Positions 11,251 to 25,172 are shown, counted from the stretch's first letter. The stretch: DNA of 64,000 nucleotides from Chiloscyllium plagiosum (GCF_004010195.1 NC_057760.1:1506963-1570962), one strand, 5' to 3'. The notes: a model not told the origin generated them from the sequence alone. Made by a program: numbers and translations.

Positions 11251-12649
11251 TAAGTAGAAAAACAAAGAAACACAGTTAACAGTTCAAAACCACAATTCAT
11301 AAGTGTCTAGTCATGTTGGGCTCGCACTCCTCACAATGGCTGTACCTCTCTTGCTGCCTGCTCCCAGTCTTGCTCTCACCCCCACCCTATGCTGCCTGCT
11401 TCCGTTATCACTGCTGGCCGCACAGGGCTGCCTTCTCCTCCTCCCGCCCTCACCCCTGCCCTGAGCTGCCTACACCTCTGGCCCCTGCCCTCCCCAGGCT
11501 ACCTGCTCCCAATCTTGCTGTTCCTGCCGCTGCGCTGGCCTGCCTACCCGTGTCCTTGAATGCTTTTAAGGCAGAGTTGGATAGGCTCTTGTTAAACAAG
11601 GCAGTGAAAGATTGTCGAGGTTGGCGAGAATGCTAATTTAAGCTTGCATGTTGTTCATTGAATGGCAGAGTATGGTCAAGGGGGTGAAGGCCTAACCCTG
11701 CTATTATATATATTTGCATATATGGCAGATTTGTTTGTGTTCCGACTTCCACATTCCTGTCATTTCTCGCAAACTCTTGTTTACCCCTTCACCCCCCCCT
11801 CCACCTAACAATAATCTTTAAAATCTTTAAAAATATTCAATGACCTCACCTACACTGCCTTCTGAGGCAGAGAATTCCAAAGGAACAGAACCCACTCCCA
11901 CTGAGGGAGGAAAAAATTCTCTATCCTGTAAGGGTGACCACGCATTTCACAACAGCACCTCGTAATTCTAGAACGGCTCCACCTTGTCATGACCATTAGC
12001 GATCTTGAAAATCAATTTTTCTCGCATGTTTGGCAGTGGATCTGGTGTGCTAAGCTGTTTGTGAGGGTGTGCCACGCGGTGAGAGACAGGTGGAGGGCAC
12101 GGGCCGGGCTGACTGGCAGTTTCCTTTCCCCGAAGGACGTCAAAACAGGTTTTTCTTTTTTTTTTGTTTGTTTATGGGGCAGTCTGTCAGCCGTGATCTT
12201 CTTGAACGTCAGAGCAGCCGAACAGTCTACCTGTGCCTGTTTCGTGTGTTCATACGTTAGCCTTACCTGTTTTCCAATTTATATTTTGTTTGCCCTGTGT
12301 GTTCTGCCAGCCCATGATCTTTCTGAATGCCGTGCCACACTTTGACTGGGATTGTTCAAGCAATGCCAGTGCCTGCAATACCGTCGCAGGGGACTTACCC
12401 TGCTGTGTTGTGCAACATCAAATGTGAATCTCTTGACACTCTACACCTGTGACATTCCCTGCAGGTCTTGTTTACTGAGTGCTTGATTCCAGAGGCTGAA
12501 GCTCTGGAATTCCGTCCTTCAACCCAGCTACCTCTCCACACCTCTGTTCCCCTTGCTGTTGAAGGTACTTCTTCAACCTGACCTGAGTTGTGCCAAGAAG
12601 GCGAGCAAGCTGCCAAAGCTGGAGTGATCAGGATGAACGCAAGAATATT

Positions 12650-13750
12650 AAATTTCTCACAATTGAGTTACAAAGAAAGGCTGGGATGTTTTTTGACTAG
12701 ACAATGGGAGTTGAGAGTCGACTAAATAGAAGTATATAAAATAATGAGAGATATAGATTGAGTTAATGGTAGTTAAGACCATTCGGCCCATTGAGTTAGC
12801 TCCGCCATTCGATCGTGGCTGATAAGTTTATCGACCCCATTTTCCTGCTTTCTCCCCATAGCCTTTGATCCCCTTGGCAATCAAGAAGTTATCTATCTCT
12901 GTCTTAAATATATTCAATGACCTGGCCTCCACAGCCTTCTGTGGTAATGAATTCCCCAGGTTCACCATTCTCTAGCTAAAGAGCTTTCTCCTTATCTCCG
13001 TTGTCAAGAGGCTTCCCTTTACTCTAAGGCTGTGCCCTCAGGTCCTCATCTCAAGTTGTCTTTCATCTAGGACGAGGGGTTTCAAGACTCGGGGGCACAT
13101 TTTTAAGGTGAGGAGAGAGAGAGATTTTAAAAAGACACGAGGGGCAAATCTTTTACGCAGAGAGTGGTTCACGTTTGGAATGAACTTACTGAGGAAGAGG
13201 TAGATGTGGGTACAATTACAACTTTCAACAGACATTTGGATAAATACATGAATAGGAAAGGTTAGCAAGATCCGGGAGATCAAAACCATTACGAAAATTG
13301 AACGTGCAAGGATGTTTTTGTCTTGAAAAATAAGTCAGAGGGGATGAACTGATCAAGGCCATTAACGTATTGAGGGGGGTTCAATAGTATAGCTGTAGAG
13401 AAAATATTTTCACTTGCTAGGGTTGGGGGAGACCAGAGCTAGGGATGTCTATATAAACCAGCCAATAATGAATCAGGAATTCAGGATAAATGTCCTCAGC
13501 CAGACAGTCGGGGAGAACTGGAGACTTGCTCCCACAGGGAATGGGGAGCTCGCACCCGTCAGGAGTGATTGATGCGAATAGCTGATATGTTGAAGGAAGT
13601 ATCTGGATCAACGCATGAGAGAAAGGAGTGGAAAAGTGTGGTAGTGTGGTACCGTGGTTGGAGGGGAGACATGAGGAGGGCAGTGGGAGCAATCTTGTGT
13701 GAATCAGAAATGCTAGCACTGAGCAGAGGTGCTGAATGGCCTTGTGCTGT
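12650..13750 (+). mobile_element. Cluster of old CR1 3' fragments with an antisense CR1 tail nested at ~12775-13045
   Basis: CR1 3' end motifs (GGGGCAAATCTTTTACGCAGAGAGTGG); reverse tail CCATTCGGCCCATTGAG...CCTCCACAGCC. Confidence 0.7.
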
Positions 13751-14629
13751 GCCATGCTGTCTATGTGACCTGGTGCATCGAGGCCGGCTTTGAGGGACCC
13801 TATGGGCTTATGCAGGAGCACTGAGCCCTGTGATGTGCTGTCTGTCAGTGCACTCTGTCCAGAAGTATCGCTGGCTATTTCTGATCCAGTCATTCAGAAC
13901 TCTGTGTGACCATGAGTAAAAGATCCCATGGCCACTATAAGAAGTGAAAGCGAGGGTTTCAAGGCAGCTTTGCTTTGTGTTCAGTGAGCAACTCGGGTGA
14001 AATGGCCAAGGCTGCACCTTAGTACAAGACCTCTCTTTCTGACAGATGTGTTAGAGAGATGGCCAGGGAGACTGGGGGGAGGGAGGAGTGCGCTTGTTAA
14101 AGAAGCAGGGGGAGGTGGCTGCGTCGGCACAGGAAAAAATTTCCAGCTTCTTCCCATCATTCACTGATACCCAGTGGAACATGTGCTCTTGGCCTCTTTC
14201 CCACCAGGGTCTTGAATTTTGTGACAGATAAAGGGCAGGCAGCTCAGTTAGAGTCTAATACAGCTTTGCGTTTATTGTAAGTACGTAATCAAAGCATTAT
14301 ATAACTGGAATCTAGGTACTACGTGTACGTGGTGACCAGGCCAGTTTAGTTCCGATGAGGCTATTCTCTGAGTTTTTGAAGGTAGGTGTAGCGCATCTGC
14401 TTGGGGTGCCTCGTGTCCAACATGTGGATGACATGCCCAACCCTTTGCAGCCAATCAAGGGTGGTCAGTGCGTCGATGCTGGGGATGTTGGCCTGGTTGA
14501 AGGCACTGATGTTGGTGTGTTCTGGTTCCCAGCGGGTTTGCAGGATCTAGCGCGGGCAGCATTGGTGGTGTCTGCTGTAGATAGTTCACATCTCAGAGCC
14601 ATGTAGAAGGGCGGGAACCCCCACAGCCC

Positions 14630-14968
14630 CAGGTGGACAGAGAAAGCTCTTCAGTGAAACTCTCAAGGCCTCACTGACAAAGTGTAGCTTTCCAACAGAT
14701 TCCAGGGAATCTTCTGACCCAAGACTATCCAAAGTGCATTCTCAAGCACCTCAAGACGTGCTGTGAGGAAGGTGTGGAAGGCAAACGAAAACACAGTAAG
14801 GACAGCCTTGCTGCACCAATGCCCCATTCCACCCACCCTCTCCCTTGACCATTACCTGCCCCAAGTGTAACAGAGCCTTTGGTAGCTGTATCAGTCTGTA
14901 CAGCCACTTGCAGACTCATCCTGAGAATGAAAGGGAGTTGTCTTCGTCAGTGAGGGACCACTGATGAA
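14630..14968 (+). mobile_element. RTE-type LINE 3' end
   Basis: Encodes QRKLFSETLKASLTKC and the terminal zinc finger CPKCNRAFGSCISLYSHLQTH, then a short 3' UTR ending CTGATGA. Confidence 0.7.
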
Positions 14969-16137
14969 TGATTCTCTGAGTTCAGTGTGTTCTCTTTGCG
15001 ATGGTTGATCTCGAGTTAGCACTATCATTGCCTCTGAGCTGCCGACGTTTAAATGTTTTGCTCCTTGTCTTCCAGACTGTTTGATGCAATGCGCAGCTTG
15101 CACAAGACCCTCATAATTCTGAGCTCATTTGTCCAAGGGTCGTGTAAACAGGAGACATCTGTTTCCATTGTTAGCACCACCAGGCATTTGGTCTGGTCAG
15201 CAGTCAAGCTTCACTTCCCTTCCTTTTTTACAGCTGTCTCCCTGTCTTTAGCTCAAGTTGCCATCATGCTTGTTGAGTTTCAAGTGTTAGCCATGGGGCT
15301 GCAGTTGCCCAGAAGATCAGGGTGTTGAACTAAGGTTGTGGTTCTCCTGTGGCTGTGCTGCAAGCGCAAAGGGCCCTTTTTGACGTTTTTGTGGATTGTG
15401 GGGAGCCCCGCACTTCACAGGATGAATCAAAACTCCCTGGAGTCAGGGAGCGGGGAGTCGGGGGCTGCGGTCTTGTAAGCTGCTGGTAAAGTCAGTGTTG
15501 TACGTGCCTGTAGAAAGATGACAGTGTGCTGAAAGCTGCTGTTGACCTAGATAAGGAGAGCCAGCTCACAACCATCACCACTGCTCAAGTCAAATAATCT
15601 GCTAGTTCAGTCAGGTTTTGTGCTGTCACTGACAATTTCTGAGGTTAATTGGAGGGCTGGTGCCGAGGGAGCTCCGCATTATTGTGGAGGGGGGTGCTGG
15701 GGGACTGGAATCTAGGAAATGCTGCATTGTTGGGGGCTGGTGGTCGGTGCTAAGGGATCATCCCGCTGCCCTTAACATTGCGGGGGGGGGGGGGGGCGCA
15801 GTGGAGCACCAAACTGTCTGGGAGCAGGGTGGCTCACTTCAAGCGAGCTCTGCACTGATTTTTTTTTTGGGGGGTGCATCCTAATGAAGCGCCGCACTGT
15901 CGCAGGGTCAGCACTGAGGGAACAAAGCACTGTGCGAGTTGCCATCATTCTGATAAGCCGTCAGCCGTTGCATGTCAGCTTCCCTGGGTAGGTGAGAAAT
16001 CCCACAGCCACTACTGGAAGAAGGACTGTGGAGATGTTCACCTGATGTCCTTGACTTGATATTTATCCTTCAACCCGTGTGAGTAATATTACAGTTTGTG
16101 GTATCCTGATGTGGATAATCTGGCTGTCATATTTCCT

Positions 16138-16352
16138 AGGGGAGAAAGTGAGGTCTGCAGATGCTGGAGATCAAAGTTGAAACTTTATTGCTGGAACAGC
16201 ACAGCAGGTCAGGCAGCATCCAGGGAACAGGAGATTCGACGTTTCGGGCACAGGCCCTTCTTCCTGAAGAAGGGCCTGTGCCCGAAACGTCGAATCTCCT
16301 GTTCCCTGGATGCTGCCTGACCTGCTGTGCTGTTCCAGCAATAAAGTTTCAA
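16138..16352. mobile_element. Young non-autonomous PLE family 'A' fold-back insert with 14-bp TSD
   Basis: TSD CTGTCATATTTCCT at 16124-16137 and 16353-16366; perfect inverted repeat 16175-16263 / 16266-16354. Confidence 0.9.
16261..16294 (+). ncRNA. Minimal type I hammerhead ribozyme motif
   Basis: UUC-CUGAAGA-A-GGGC/CUGU/GCCC-GAAA-CGUC-GAA: intact core, GUC cleavage triplet, palindromic ACGU. Confidence 0.8.
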
Positions 16353-16729
16353 CTGTCATATTTCCTGCATCACAACAGTGACTGCATCTCAAATTTATTT
16401 CAATATCTGTGAAACGCTTTAGGAGACCATAAAAGACACTACAGAAATGCACGTTCTTCTTTATCTGCCTGTACCACTTGACCCTTCCCACTAACTGAAT
16501 TTACACTGACCATGTAGTCACTCCACCCCTGGATTTGATCCCCACCCCCCCTCCGACTCAGTGCCAGGAACTTTGTCGAACTTCCATTTTCTGTGGAGAT
16601 GGGGCTTTTGACTGAAAATATTCATTCCAAGCTGTCCCCTTTCCTCATTGTCCTCTCATTTCCCCTTGAGACCTGTCTCCAGCTCTGAAGAATAAATCGG
16701 GCTGAGGTGCGACAGACATGTACAGGATT

Positions 16730-17025
16730 AGATATGAGGCAGTTCAAAACTAGAGGACTTAGTTTAAGGTGAGAGGAGAAAGGGACCCGAGAGGCAACTT
16801 TTTTACGCAGAGAGTAGTGCGTAGAAGAGCTGCCAGAGGAAGTGGTGGAGGCTGGAACAATTACAACATTTAAAAGGCATCTGAATGAGGACATGAATAG
16901 GAAGGGTTAAGAAGCTTAGAGGCCAAATGCTGGCAAATGGGATTAAATTTATTTAGGATATCTGGTCAGAATGGATGAGTTGGACCAAAGGATCTGTTTT
17001 CATGCTGTACAGTTCTGTGACTGTA
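16730..17025 (+). mobile_element. CR1 LINE 3' end
   Basis: GAGCTGCCAGAGGAAGTGGTGGAGGCTGG...ATGAATAGGAAGGGTT, matching 11050-11250. Confidence 0.85.
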
Positions 17026-18239
17026 ACTGGAAACTGAACTGAAGAAATGGTACAGACTTGATTGGTCGAAGGACCTCTTCCATACTGTATGATTCTAGGT
17101 TTGAAAAATGTTACTTACTGTGCCGTTGAGTGTCCTATTTCTCTCTTGTCTGTCTTTCTCTCAAGCTCTGTCGATTCAATCTCTTCTCAGTCTCTCTATG
17201 CCTGTCGCCCCTTTCTGTTTGTGTCTGTATCTCTCTCGCTGTCTCTGCCCATCCCTGTCTATAGTTAGTCTTGGCAGAAATATGTCATAAGAAACCTGAA
17301 CACCCTTTCCTGGTGACTGACTTAACTTCAACTCTAAATTACAAAGGTCGAACAAAGCCTGTGGAGCTTGGGTTGTATCAGAAGCTACAGGTGAAAGTTG
17401 AGTGAGGATTATTTTCTTAATCTGAGTCTAGATATGCCCTTTGATTTACTGAGAGGAGCCCCAGTGCATAAATTCCACCTGGAACTGCTGGTAGAGCTGT
17501 GAACTTTGCAGTTATACTTGATTAGTGTGTGGCGTCATGTTTGCAGAGATAACATCGGTGGCAGGAGTGGTTCTGTCCCTGGAACATCCTTGTTAGGTGT
17601 GGAGAATATTGAAAATAGCTCTAATTTGCATAGCCCTGACATCTTATCTGCCAAACTTCCCGAGCAGAAACTAAATTGCTTAGGGCTTCAAGTGCAATAT
17701 CGTTATTTGGGCAACTGTTTCAGAGAGGGAGAAGCTGACCAGGGGCTTGGGAAAAGCCCTCTTGGGTCTCGGTGTGTTGTGGGGAATGGGATGGCCTCCG
17801 TAAGCCAGCTCTTCTGCAGCACAGAGCTCTTGCAACCCGCCCTCTGTCTCGCACTGACATCTCATGCCTAAACTATGGGTCACATCCTGAAACCAACTGA
17901 CTCACAGGAGGCAGTGAAGCTGACGTTACTAGTTCATGTGTGGGGAGACTGCCAGTAGAAATAAAGATTTCTCTTGTAACTCAAAGCAATTTCAACTGGG
18001 TTTAGAGTCACTACATGCAAATACCACTCATGTCCAACAGTAAACTCTATACAGGCAGTAGAGGGAGTATATGGCCAGCTGATGTAAAGTCTTTTCACGA
18101 GAACATTGCAGCTATGTTTCATTTGGATGGCACTGTGTTGGAATGTTGTGGGTTTGAGCCCCTGGTCCAGAGATCTGAGCCCCATAATCCAGGATGACAC
18201 TCAGATTACGGGTAGGTTAGCGCCGCGGGAGCGTGGCAT

Positions 18240-18560
18240 AGTCAGAGGGCCGATGCTGTGGGAGCGGGCACTATTAGATAGTTGGCGTCTATGGTGTGGG
18301 CTCTGTCGGAGGGCCAGCGCCACAGGAGTGCTGCTCTGTGGGAGGGTCGGTGCTGCCAGAGCGCGGTACTGTCGGAGGGTCAGTGCCGAGGGAGCAGGCG
18401 CTGTCGGAGGGTCGGCGCTGAGGGAGTGGGCGCTGTCTGAGGGCCAGCAACACAGGAGAGCTGCTCTGTTGGAGGGCCAGTGCTGAGGGAGCGTTGCTGT
18501 ATTGGAGGGCCAGCACTGAGGGAGCACTGCACTCTTGGAGGGTTGGTGCACAGGGAGTAC
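18240..18560 (+). repeat. ~33-bp degenerate minisatellite inside a Deu-type SINE
   Basis: About 10 copies of CTGTCGGAGGG(T/C)CAG(T/C)GCTGAGGGAG-like units. Confidence 0.8.
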
Positions 18561-20393
18561 CATGCCATATTCCCTTTCAGACTTGTAAACCCTGCCTGTC
18601 CTCTCAAGTGGGCAAACTGTATAGATGGATGTGAGGGGAGTTCTTCCTGATGTCCTGTGACCTCTCTTAAAATTGACAATCTATCTCAGTTAGTCAGACT
18701 TTCATTTGTGGAGTATTGCTATGTACGTATTTGCAGCTGCATTTCCTACATTACAACAGTGACACCGCCTCCAAAGCAGAAAGGTGCTCCATCACTTTAC
18801 TGGTTGTAAAGTGCTCTAGGAGATTCCCTTGGGTTGTGGATGGTGTTACGCAAATGCCAGCCATTTTCTTTCTCCCGAAGCAGCCATGGAGCAATATCCT
18901 GTTGCTCTGACCAAGCCTCCAGACTGGTAACTGGTGAACAATTTTTCACCAGATGATTCCCGTCTGTGGCAACGACAGTCTGCGGTCAGTCCTGTTCCAC
19001 CACTGGCCTTGTCGGCTCATTACCACGCTGGCTTTAAATCTGTCAGCCGAGGGCATGCTGTGGTTATTTTAAAAAAGCTTCATTGCAGGAAGGAACTGGG
19101 TCAAAGAGCTGCATGGTAAGCCATCAGCACACTGGCTCCTGACTTCTCAAAGTACACAATTTTGTGATGTTGAGTGCCATAATTATGATGAATAGCTGCA
19201 AATGTTTGTAGCGGGGCTGTAGCTACCTACAGCTTTTTGTTTTCATTTTAGGGAGTTTTATTTCCCTGTTTTCCTCCCCAAGTTGTTAACTTATTTTTTT
19301 CATTCATTCATGAGACGGGAGTGTCACAGGCTGAGTCAACCTTTATTGTCTGTCCCTACTCGTCCTTTTAGAAGATGATAGTGTGCAGCCATCTTGAATC
19401 ACTGCAGCCTCATTGGGACAGGTAAATCCTGTAGGGAATCTTAGCTGAGATACCTTTCTGAAAAAAAACTGCCAACTCTCTAGCTGATAGGGAAAAACAT
19501 GACCGTATCTTCCCCCAATTAGTCACCACAGCCACAACTTGTATCTCAATAGTGTCCTGGATGTCATAAAATGTCCACTTATCACCTGTGACTCAGTGGG
19601 TAGCACACATGCCTCCAGTTCACAGGGTCCTGGGTTCAAATCCTATTGCAGGGGCTTGAGCTGGCTGATTAGTCCATGCAGCGCTGCACTGTTGAGGTTA
19701 CTGTCATTTGAATGAGATATGAAATACTTTCTCCTTTTGCCCCCTGAAAGAATAAATTGGAGTCTCTCAAAAGAGAGATGTTCCCAATGTTTATCCTCAG
19801 TCAGCATCTTGAAACACAGATGGTTGCACTGCTATCTGTGGGACACTGCATATTACCTTTTGGCTGCTCCGTTTGCTATATCCAAGGATGAGGAATTCCC
19901 ACCATTTGGTAAAATTCTCACTTTGGCATTATGAAAATCCTCGATGTTAATGTCTTTCTGATCCCTGCCTCAGCAGTGGTGTGTTTGAAGTATATTATGT
20001 TTTAAACATTTTAAAATCAGCGCAGTGCAACTCTGAGCAAAACAACAGAAAATAAGCTCTGATCCTGGCAGATATGAGGGTGTGATCATGTAATGCAGTG
20101 TAGGTATACACCTGTGGTTTGGGGCGCTTGACTGCCTTTTTCCCCCACACTCTGCAGCCTTCCTTCATGCAGCCATTCATGGCCCCTGTCCAGGCCCCAG
20201 CCTTGGTCTTGCAGCTCCTGCTGACCTTTAACCTGTATAGCACAGGAACGGGCTGTTCGGCCCGTGATGAGCATTTACAATGTTAAGATTACATAAGTTG
20301 CAAATTTTCTGACCCCTTTATCTTTGACCACTCTCCTCCCTATATGTAAAAAAGGAAAGTATTTTAACGGCCAAATGTTTGATTTTGAAAAGT

Positions 20394-20764
20394 AGAGGAA
20401 CCTTGATTATACAAAAATCAGATTACCCGGCAAGATCGCAAGATGCTTGGTTAAACTATGTTATCTGGAGTTTGCACATTCTCCCTGTGTCTGCGTGGGT
20501 TTCCTCTGGGTGCTCCGGTTTCCTCCCATAGTCCAAAAATGTGCAGGTTCGGTGAATTGGCCATGCTAAATTGCCCGTAGTGTTAGGTGAAGGGGTAAAT
20601 GTAGGGGAATGGGTCTGGGTGGGTTTCGCTTCGGCAAGTTGGTGTGGACTTGTTGGGTAAGTAATCTAATCTAATCTAAAAATCTGGTATTTGATTATCC
20701 AGAATTCGATTATCCTAACGAAATACTCCCCGCCCGTGTCCTTTGGGTAATTGAGGTTCCTCTG
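20394..20764. mobile_element. Tc1/mariner-pogo-type MITE with nested HE1-like SINE (20466-20678)
   Basis: TIRs AGAGGAACCTTGATTAT / GTAATTGAGGTTCCTCTG followed by TA; internal GATTATCC repeats; the SINE is flanked by ATCTGG. Confidence 0.75.
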
Positions 20765-20819
20765 TAAATGTAAGTCTTTCAAGTGAGATAAGTGAGATGC
20801 TTCAGGGGAGCATCAAATA

Positions 20820-21200
20820 AAACAAAATTAGACATCAGGCCACAGAATATTGTGTGAGAGCGGTGTTGTCACAGAGGTTAGTGGTAAGGACCCTCTTGAA
20901 GGCGGAGAGCGAGTCAGAGAGGTTAAGGGAGGCATTTCTGTGGTTCAGGGTCCGGGCAGCTGAAGGCATGGTATGTAGGCAATGCGATAGTGATTGGAAT
21001 TGAGAAGGCTTAAGAGGCCGGGAATGGAGGAGCATGGAGATCTCAGAGCAGCAGAGGAGGCAGCAGAGATGTGCGAGGTCGGGAAGGGATTTGAACACTG
21101 ATGAGGATCCTACAGTCGGAGCGTTGCCTGACCAGGAGCGAATGCAGGTCAGCCAACACACGGATGCTGGGTGGGACAGGCTTGGCGTCAAACACTCACG
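20820..21200 (-). mobile_element. L2-type LINE 3' fragment
   Basis: Reverse-strand resemblance to 60180-60480 (CCTTCAGCTGCC...CCCT...CCTCCCTTAACCTCTC). Confidence 0.55.
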
Positions 21201-21429
21201 GAAAAACAATCGAGGGTGTGATGAATGAGCCGAGAGTGGATTGCTGTGATGTGGTTATTGCTAGTTTAATCTGTTGAAAGACTTCTGAAATGGTTGCACC
21301 CTGATAGATATGGAATTGAGGGCTGCAAAACCAGTCCCCAAAAACACCAACAGTGCAAAGGCCAAAAAACCCAGAATGGAACAAACAGAAGGAAAGATGT
21401 ACAGGTTATTTCTTAAATGCACAAAAGAG

Positions 21430-22720
21430 ATTAGAATGTAGACGTGCAAAAGGGCCTGGGTGTCTTTGATAACTTAGTGAATGTTAACGTGCTGTTGCAG
21501 CAAACTGTTAGGAAGGTTAAAGGTGTATTAGCCTTTATCGCTAGAGGATTTGACTACACAAATAGTGTATTCTTGCTTTAATTGTGCACAAACTTGGTTA
21601 GTGTCTGTACTTGGGAGTACCACTTGCAACTCTCGTTCCCTTAGCTTAGGAAAACATTATTGCATTGAGAGAGTCCAATGAAGGTTAACCAGACTTGTTT
21701 CTGGAATGGCAGGACTCTCCTGCCAAGAGAGATTGGGATGGGCAAGCTTGGGCTGATGTTCTCCACTGTTTCAAAGAACAAGAGGCAAAGAAATCTACAG
21801 CACAAAGAGGTTTGAGGGTCCTTGTGCATGAATTGTACAATACCAGCATACAAATGTAGGAAGGAAGGCAAAGGGAATGGAGTGTAAAAATAGGGAGGTC
21901 TCGCTCAAACTGTACAAGCCACTGGTTAGACCACAACTAGAACACTGTGAACAGTTTTGCTCCCTTACATGAGGAAAGATATAGGAGGCAGTCCAGAGAA
22001 GGTTCATTAGGTTAATACTGAGGTCTGGAGGGGCTGCCTTATGAGGAGAGTTTGCCTGGATTGGACCTGTACTCATTGGAGTTTAGAAGAGTGAGAGATT
22101 ACCTTGTGGAAACATACAAGATTCTTAGAGAGGGACTTGACAGGGAAGGTGTTGATCGCCTCTCCCACAACAGGAAACAACCTAAGACCGGAGGGTGTCA
22201 TCTCAGAATAAGGGGTCCTTCATTTAAGACAGAGGTGAGAAGGAATTTCTTCTCTGTGGATGATGAATCTGCGGGATTCTTTTCCTGCAGAGGGCTTAGA
22301 AGCTGGGACGTTAAATATATTCTCGGCTGTCAGACACAGATCTCCTTCCTCACGAAAAATCTGTAAGGGGCAAAATGTAGGGAAGTGGGTTTGAGGATAA
22401 CCAGATCTCTTTCAGTGACGGAGCAGACTTGATATGCTGGGTGGTCTACTTCTGCTCCTATGTCTTATGGTCTGATCTCTTTGAAACCTGCAAATACTTA
22501 AAGGAGCAGGCAGTTTTGATGCAGGTTAAATGTTTCCCCTGATTTAGGGGTCTAGAATTTCCTGCCCCAGTGGTCTGTGGGTGCTCACTCTATTTAAAAT
22601 TGACGCCGGTACCTAGAAGTATGCCAGTGACACATGGATGTGGGGAAAAAGAGAATGATCAGCCTTGGTCAGATGGAATAGTGGAGCACGCTTGATGAGC
22701 TGAAAAGCTTCCTCCCGTGG
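21430..22720 (+). mobile_element. Old CR1 LINE 3' fragments (2-3 pieces)
   Basis: LYKPLVRPQLEHC; LYSLEFRRVRDYLVETYKILR; FKTEVRRNFFS. Confidence 0.8.
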
Positions 22721-23564
22721 TTCGTAAGTGTGACAATTTTTTTTTTTTTTTTGCAACAGCTTGCATCCAGCAATCGACAAGGTCAGATACGAGGAACAGA
22801 AATATGTGTCAGTGGAAGAGATTTGGTGTGGGCGGTGTCTCGCAAGGGGGTTTTCAAGCTGTGGAACATGCTGGTGGTTGCAGAAATCACGCAAACATTT
22901 CCGTTTTTGGGTTAGATCGGTCATCAAAAGGATGAAGGGACAGTAGGGCAGGCCCATGGGCTAACAAGCGAGCCGCCTCAGCATCCAGGCGGCACAAATC
23001 TCCAAAACGTAAATTCTTCATCCAGCGGTCGTGCTTCCTGAATTTGACAGCACGCTCCTATCTGCCACAACTTTGGTGGCAGGAATTTATCACATCAGGG
23101 AGGATGTGTGAAAAATGTTGCATTTTGACTTTAAAGTAAAATATAATGAAGTTGTTGTACTGAGAGTAAAGAAAAGGGCCGAGTGCAGTCCGTTAAAGTG
23201 GTGTGTAGGTTTTTATTTTAAAACCGGTCGTGCCTCCACTTTCAAATCTCAGTCCCAGGCAATGTTTAGCCAGAAACATCCCTCTTCCGTCCAGCCCGAC
23301 CCCTCTCAGCGCTCGAACCTTGTTATTTTCTCCCTCGTGTGCTTTTCAGACGTTCTGTAAAATTAAAAACTCCCTCTTCGGTGTTTTAGATTTTCAGATA
23401 ATTTATTATTTCACTTTAATTGCTATTTTTGAATGAAAAGTTTCTGAGCAACGTAATCTTTTGAAGCTCAGGTGAAACTCTGGATAAGTGGTCTGTGAGC
23501 CAGCCATTATTTTGTTGCAGTCAAGCTGTTAGAACTCTCCTCTGGGACATGTGCCACTTTTTAA

Positions 23565-23910
23565 TAGAGTCATAGAATCCTAACAGTGTGGAAACAGGCC
23601 CTTCAGCCCAACAAGTCCACACCAACTCTATGAAGGGTAACCCACCCAGACCCATTCTCCTACTGTATTACTCTGACCAATGCACCTAACCTACGCATCC
23701 CTGAACACTGTGGGCAATTTAGCATGGCCAATCCACCCTAACCTGCACATCTTTGGACTGTGGGAGGAAACCGGAGCACCCGGAGGAAACCCACGCAGAC
23801 ACTGGGAGAACGTGCAAACTCCACATAGACAGTCACCCCAAGGCTGGAATCAAACCTGGGTCTCTGGTGCCGTGAGGCAACAGTGCTAACCACTGAGCCA
23901 CTGCGCCACT
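23565..23910 (-). mobile_element. HE1-like SINE
   Basis: Reverse complement of the full HE1-like head, body and tail. Confidence 0.9.
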
Positions 23911-25172
23911 TGAACCAGGACCTTCTGGCCTGCTGCCATTGCACCACAAGAGTCCTTAGTACTTAAGTGCCCAACTTATTAGTTCTTATTACACTGCCGT
24001 CACATGCCTGGTGAAGGATAGTAGGGCAGCCTGACCAACCAAGTGCATCGAGGGAGCAAGTGATGCATGTGTTAATGGAGGGTAATTTCGTGAGGACGTG
24101 ACTGGGTGTGTCTGGTGCGGTGGCAGTGTCCCTGCCTCTGGGCCAGGAGGCTCTGATTCCAGTTCCACCTGCTCCAGAGATGTGTTGTAAAATGCCTGAA
24201 CATGTTGGTCAGAAACTATCTGCAGGGTAACAAAACAGTCAGTGGTGTGCAGGTTGATGGCGTGAGAGTTGGAATTAAATTCTGACCAGAATAGCATATG
24301 CCTGCGTTCTGCCTGACTGATATTTAACCTCGCATGCTGTCTGATGCAGTCACTGCAGAATGCAAGGGTCAACCTGACATCAGGGCCCTCTTACAGGTTG
24401 TGAAAAGCATGTCATGGCTCCCTGTTCACAAGCAGTCGAGTGCTGACAAGTGATCTCTGGACACAGCGGTGGAGCCATGTTTCATGAAAGCAGGCTGTCG
24501 TGCTAAAAAGAATAGATAAAAAATCTCTTGTTTTTATTTATTGGCACTGGGATGCGGCGAGAGGACTGTCTCTGATTCTGCATGATTTGGTGGCGCAAGA
24601 AAAGGTTTCCTCTCGCTTCATAGCTCCTTCTCTGACCTCAGGATGACATACGGAGCACCTTGTGACTAGCAGACGACTAGTTGAGTTTGTATAGCACCTT
24701 TTTAACATAGAGCAAACTAGGTGACAGCACTGGAGCAGATACACAAACAATATTTGACGGTGAGAGACTTTTATGACTGGTCACTGAAAGCTCAGTCAGT
24801 CGGTTGGTCGAGGAAGTGGGTACATTTTGAAGTCTTTGACGTTATGTAGATAGAGATTAAGGTCAACATGTGCACAAGAAGATCCTGCAAACAGCGGTGC
24901 GACTCTGACCCCTGGCATCAGTAAATTCTTATTTCCCCCACCCCAGCGCTTTGAGGAACAGGAGGGAGGCCGCTCTGCCTCTTGAGACTGCACTACCATT
25001 TCGAGTAAACTCTGGGACTGGAGATTAATCTCGGTGATGATGATTGTGATAGTGATCATTGCTTGTTGTAAAAACCCATCTGGTTCACTCACGGTGAAGA
25101 TAATCTGCTGTCCTTACCTGGTCTGGGCTTACATGTGTCTCCAGATCCACAGCGAAATGGAGTTGACTCTTA

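Larger units (their letters stand above)
15880..16460 (+). mobile_element. Deu-domain (SacSINE1-like) SINE, host of the PLE hairpin insert
   Basis: GGGTCAGCACTGAGGGA...ATCCCACAGCCACTACTGGAAGAAG...ACAACAGTGACTGCA. Related copies at 18130-18870, 19590-19900, 34240-34670, 43000-43470 and 49100-49500. Confidence 0.6.

Noticed and set aside
12464..12564. Possible coding exon VLFTECLIPEAEALEFRPSTQLPLHTSVPLAVE
   Set aside because: Weak donor (GTACTT) and no recognisable homology.
16161..16491. Near-identical peptides on both strands (also 31987-32225)
   Set aside because: A consequence of the DNA palindromes, not genes.
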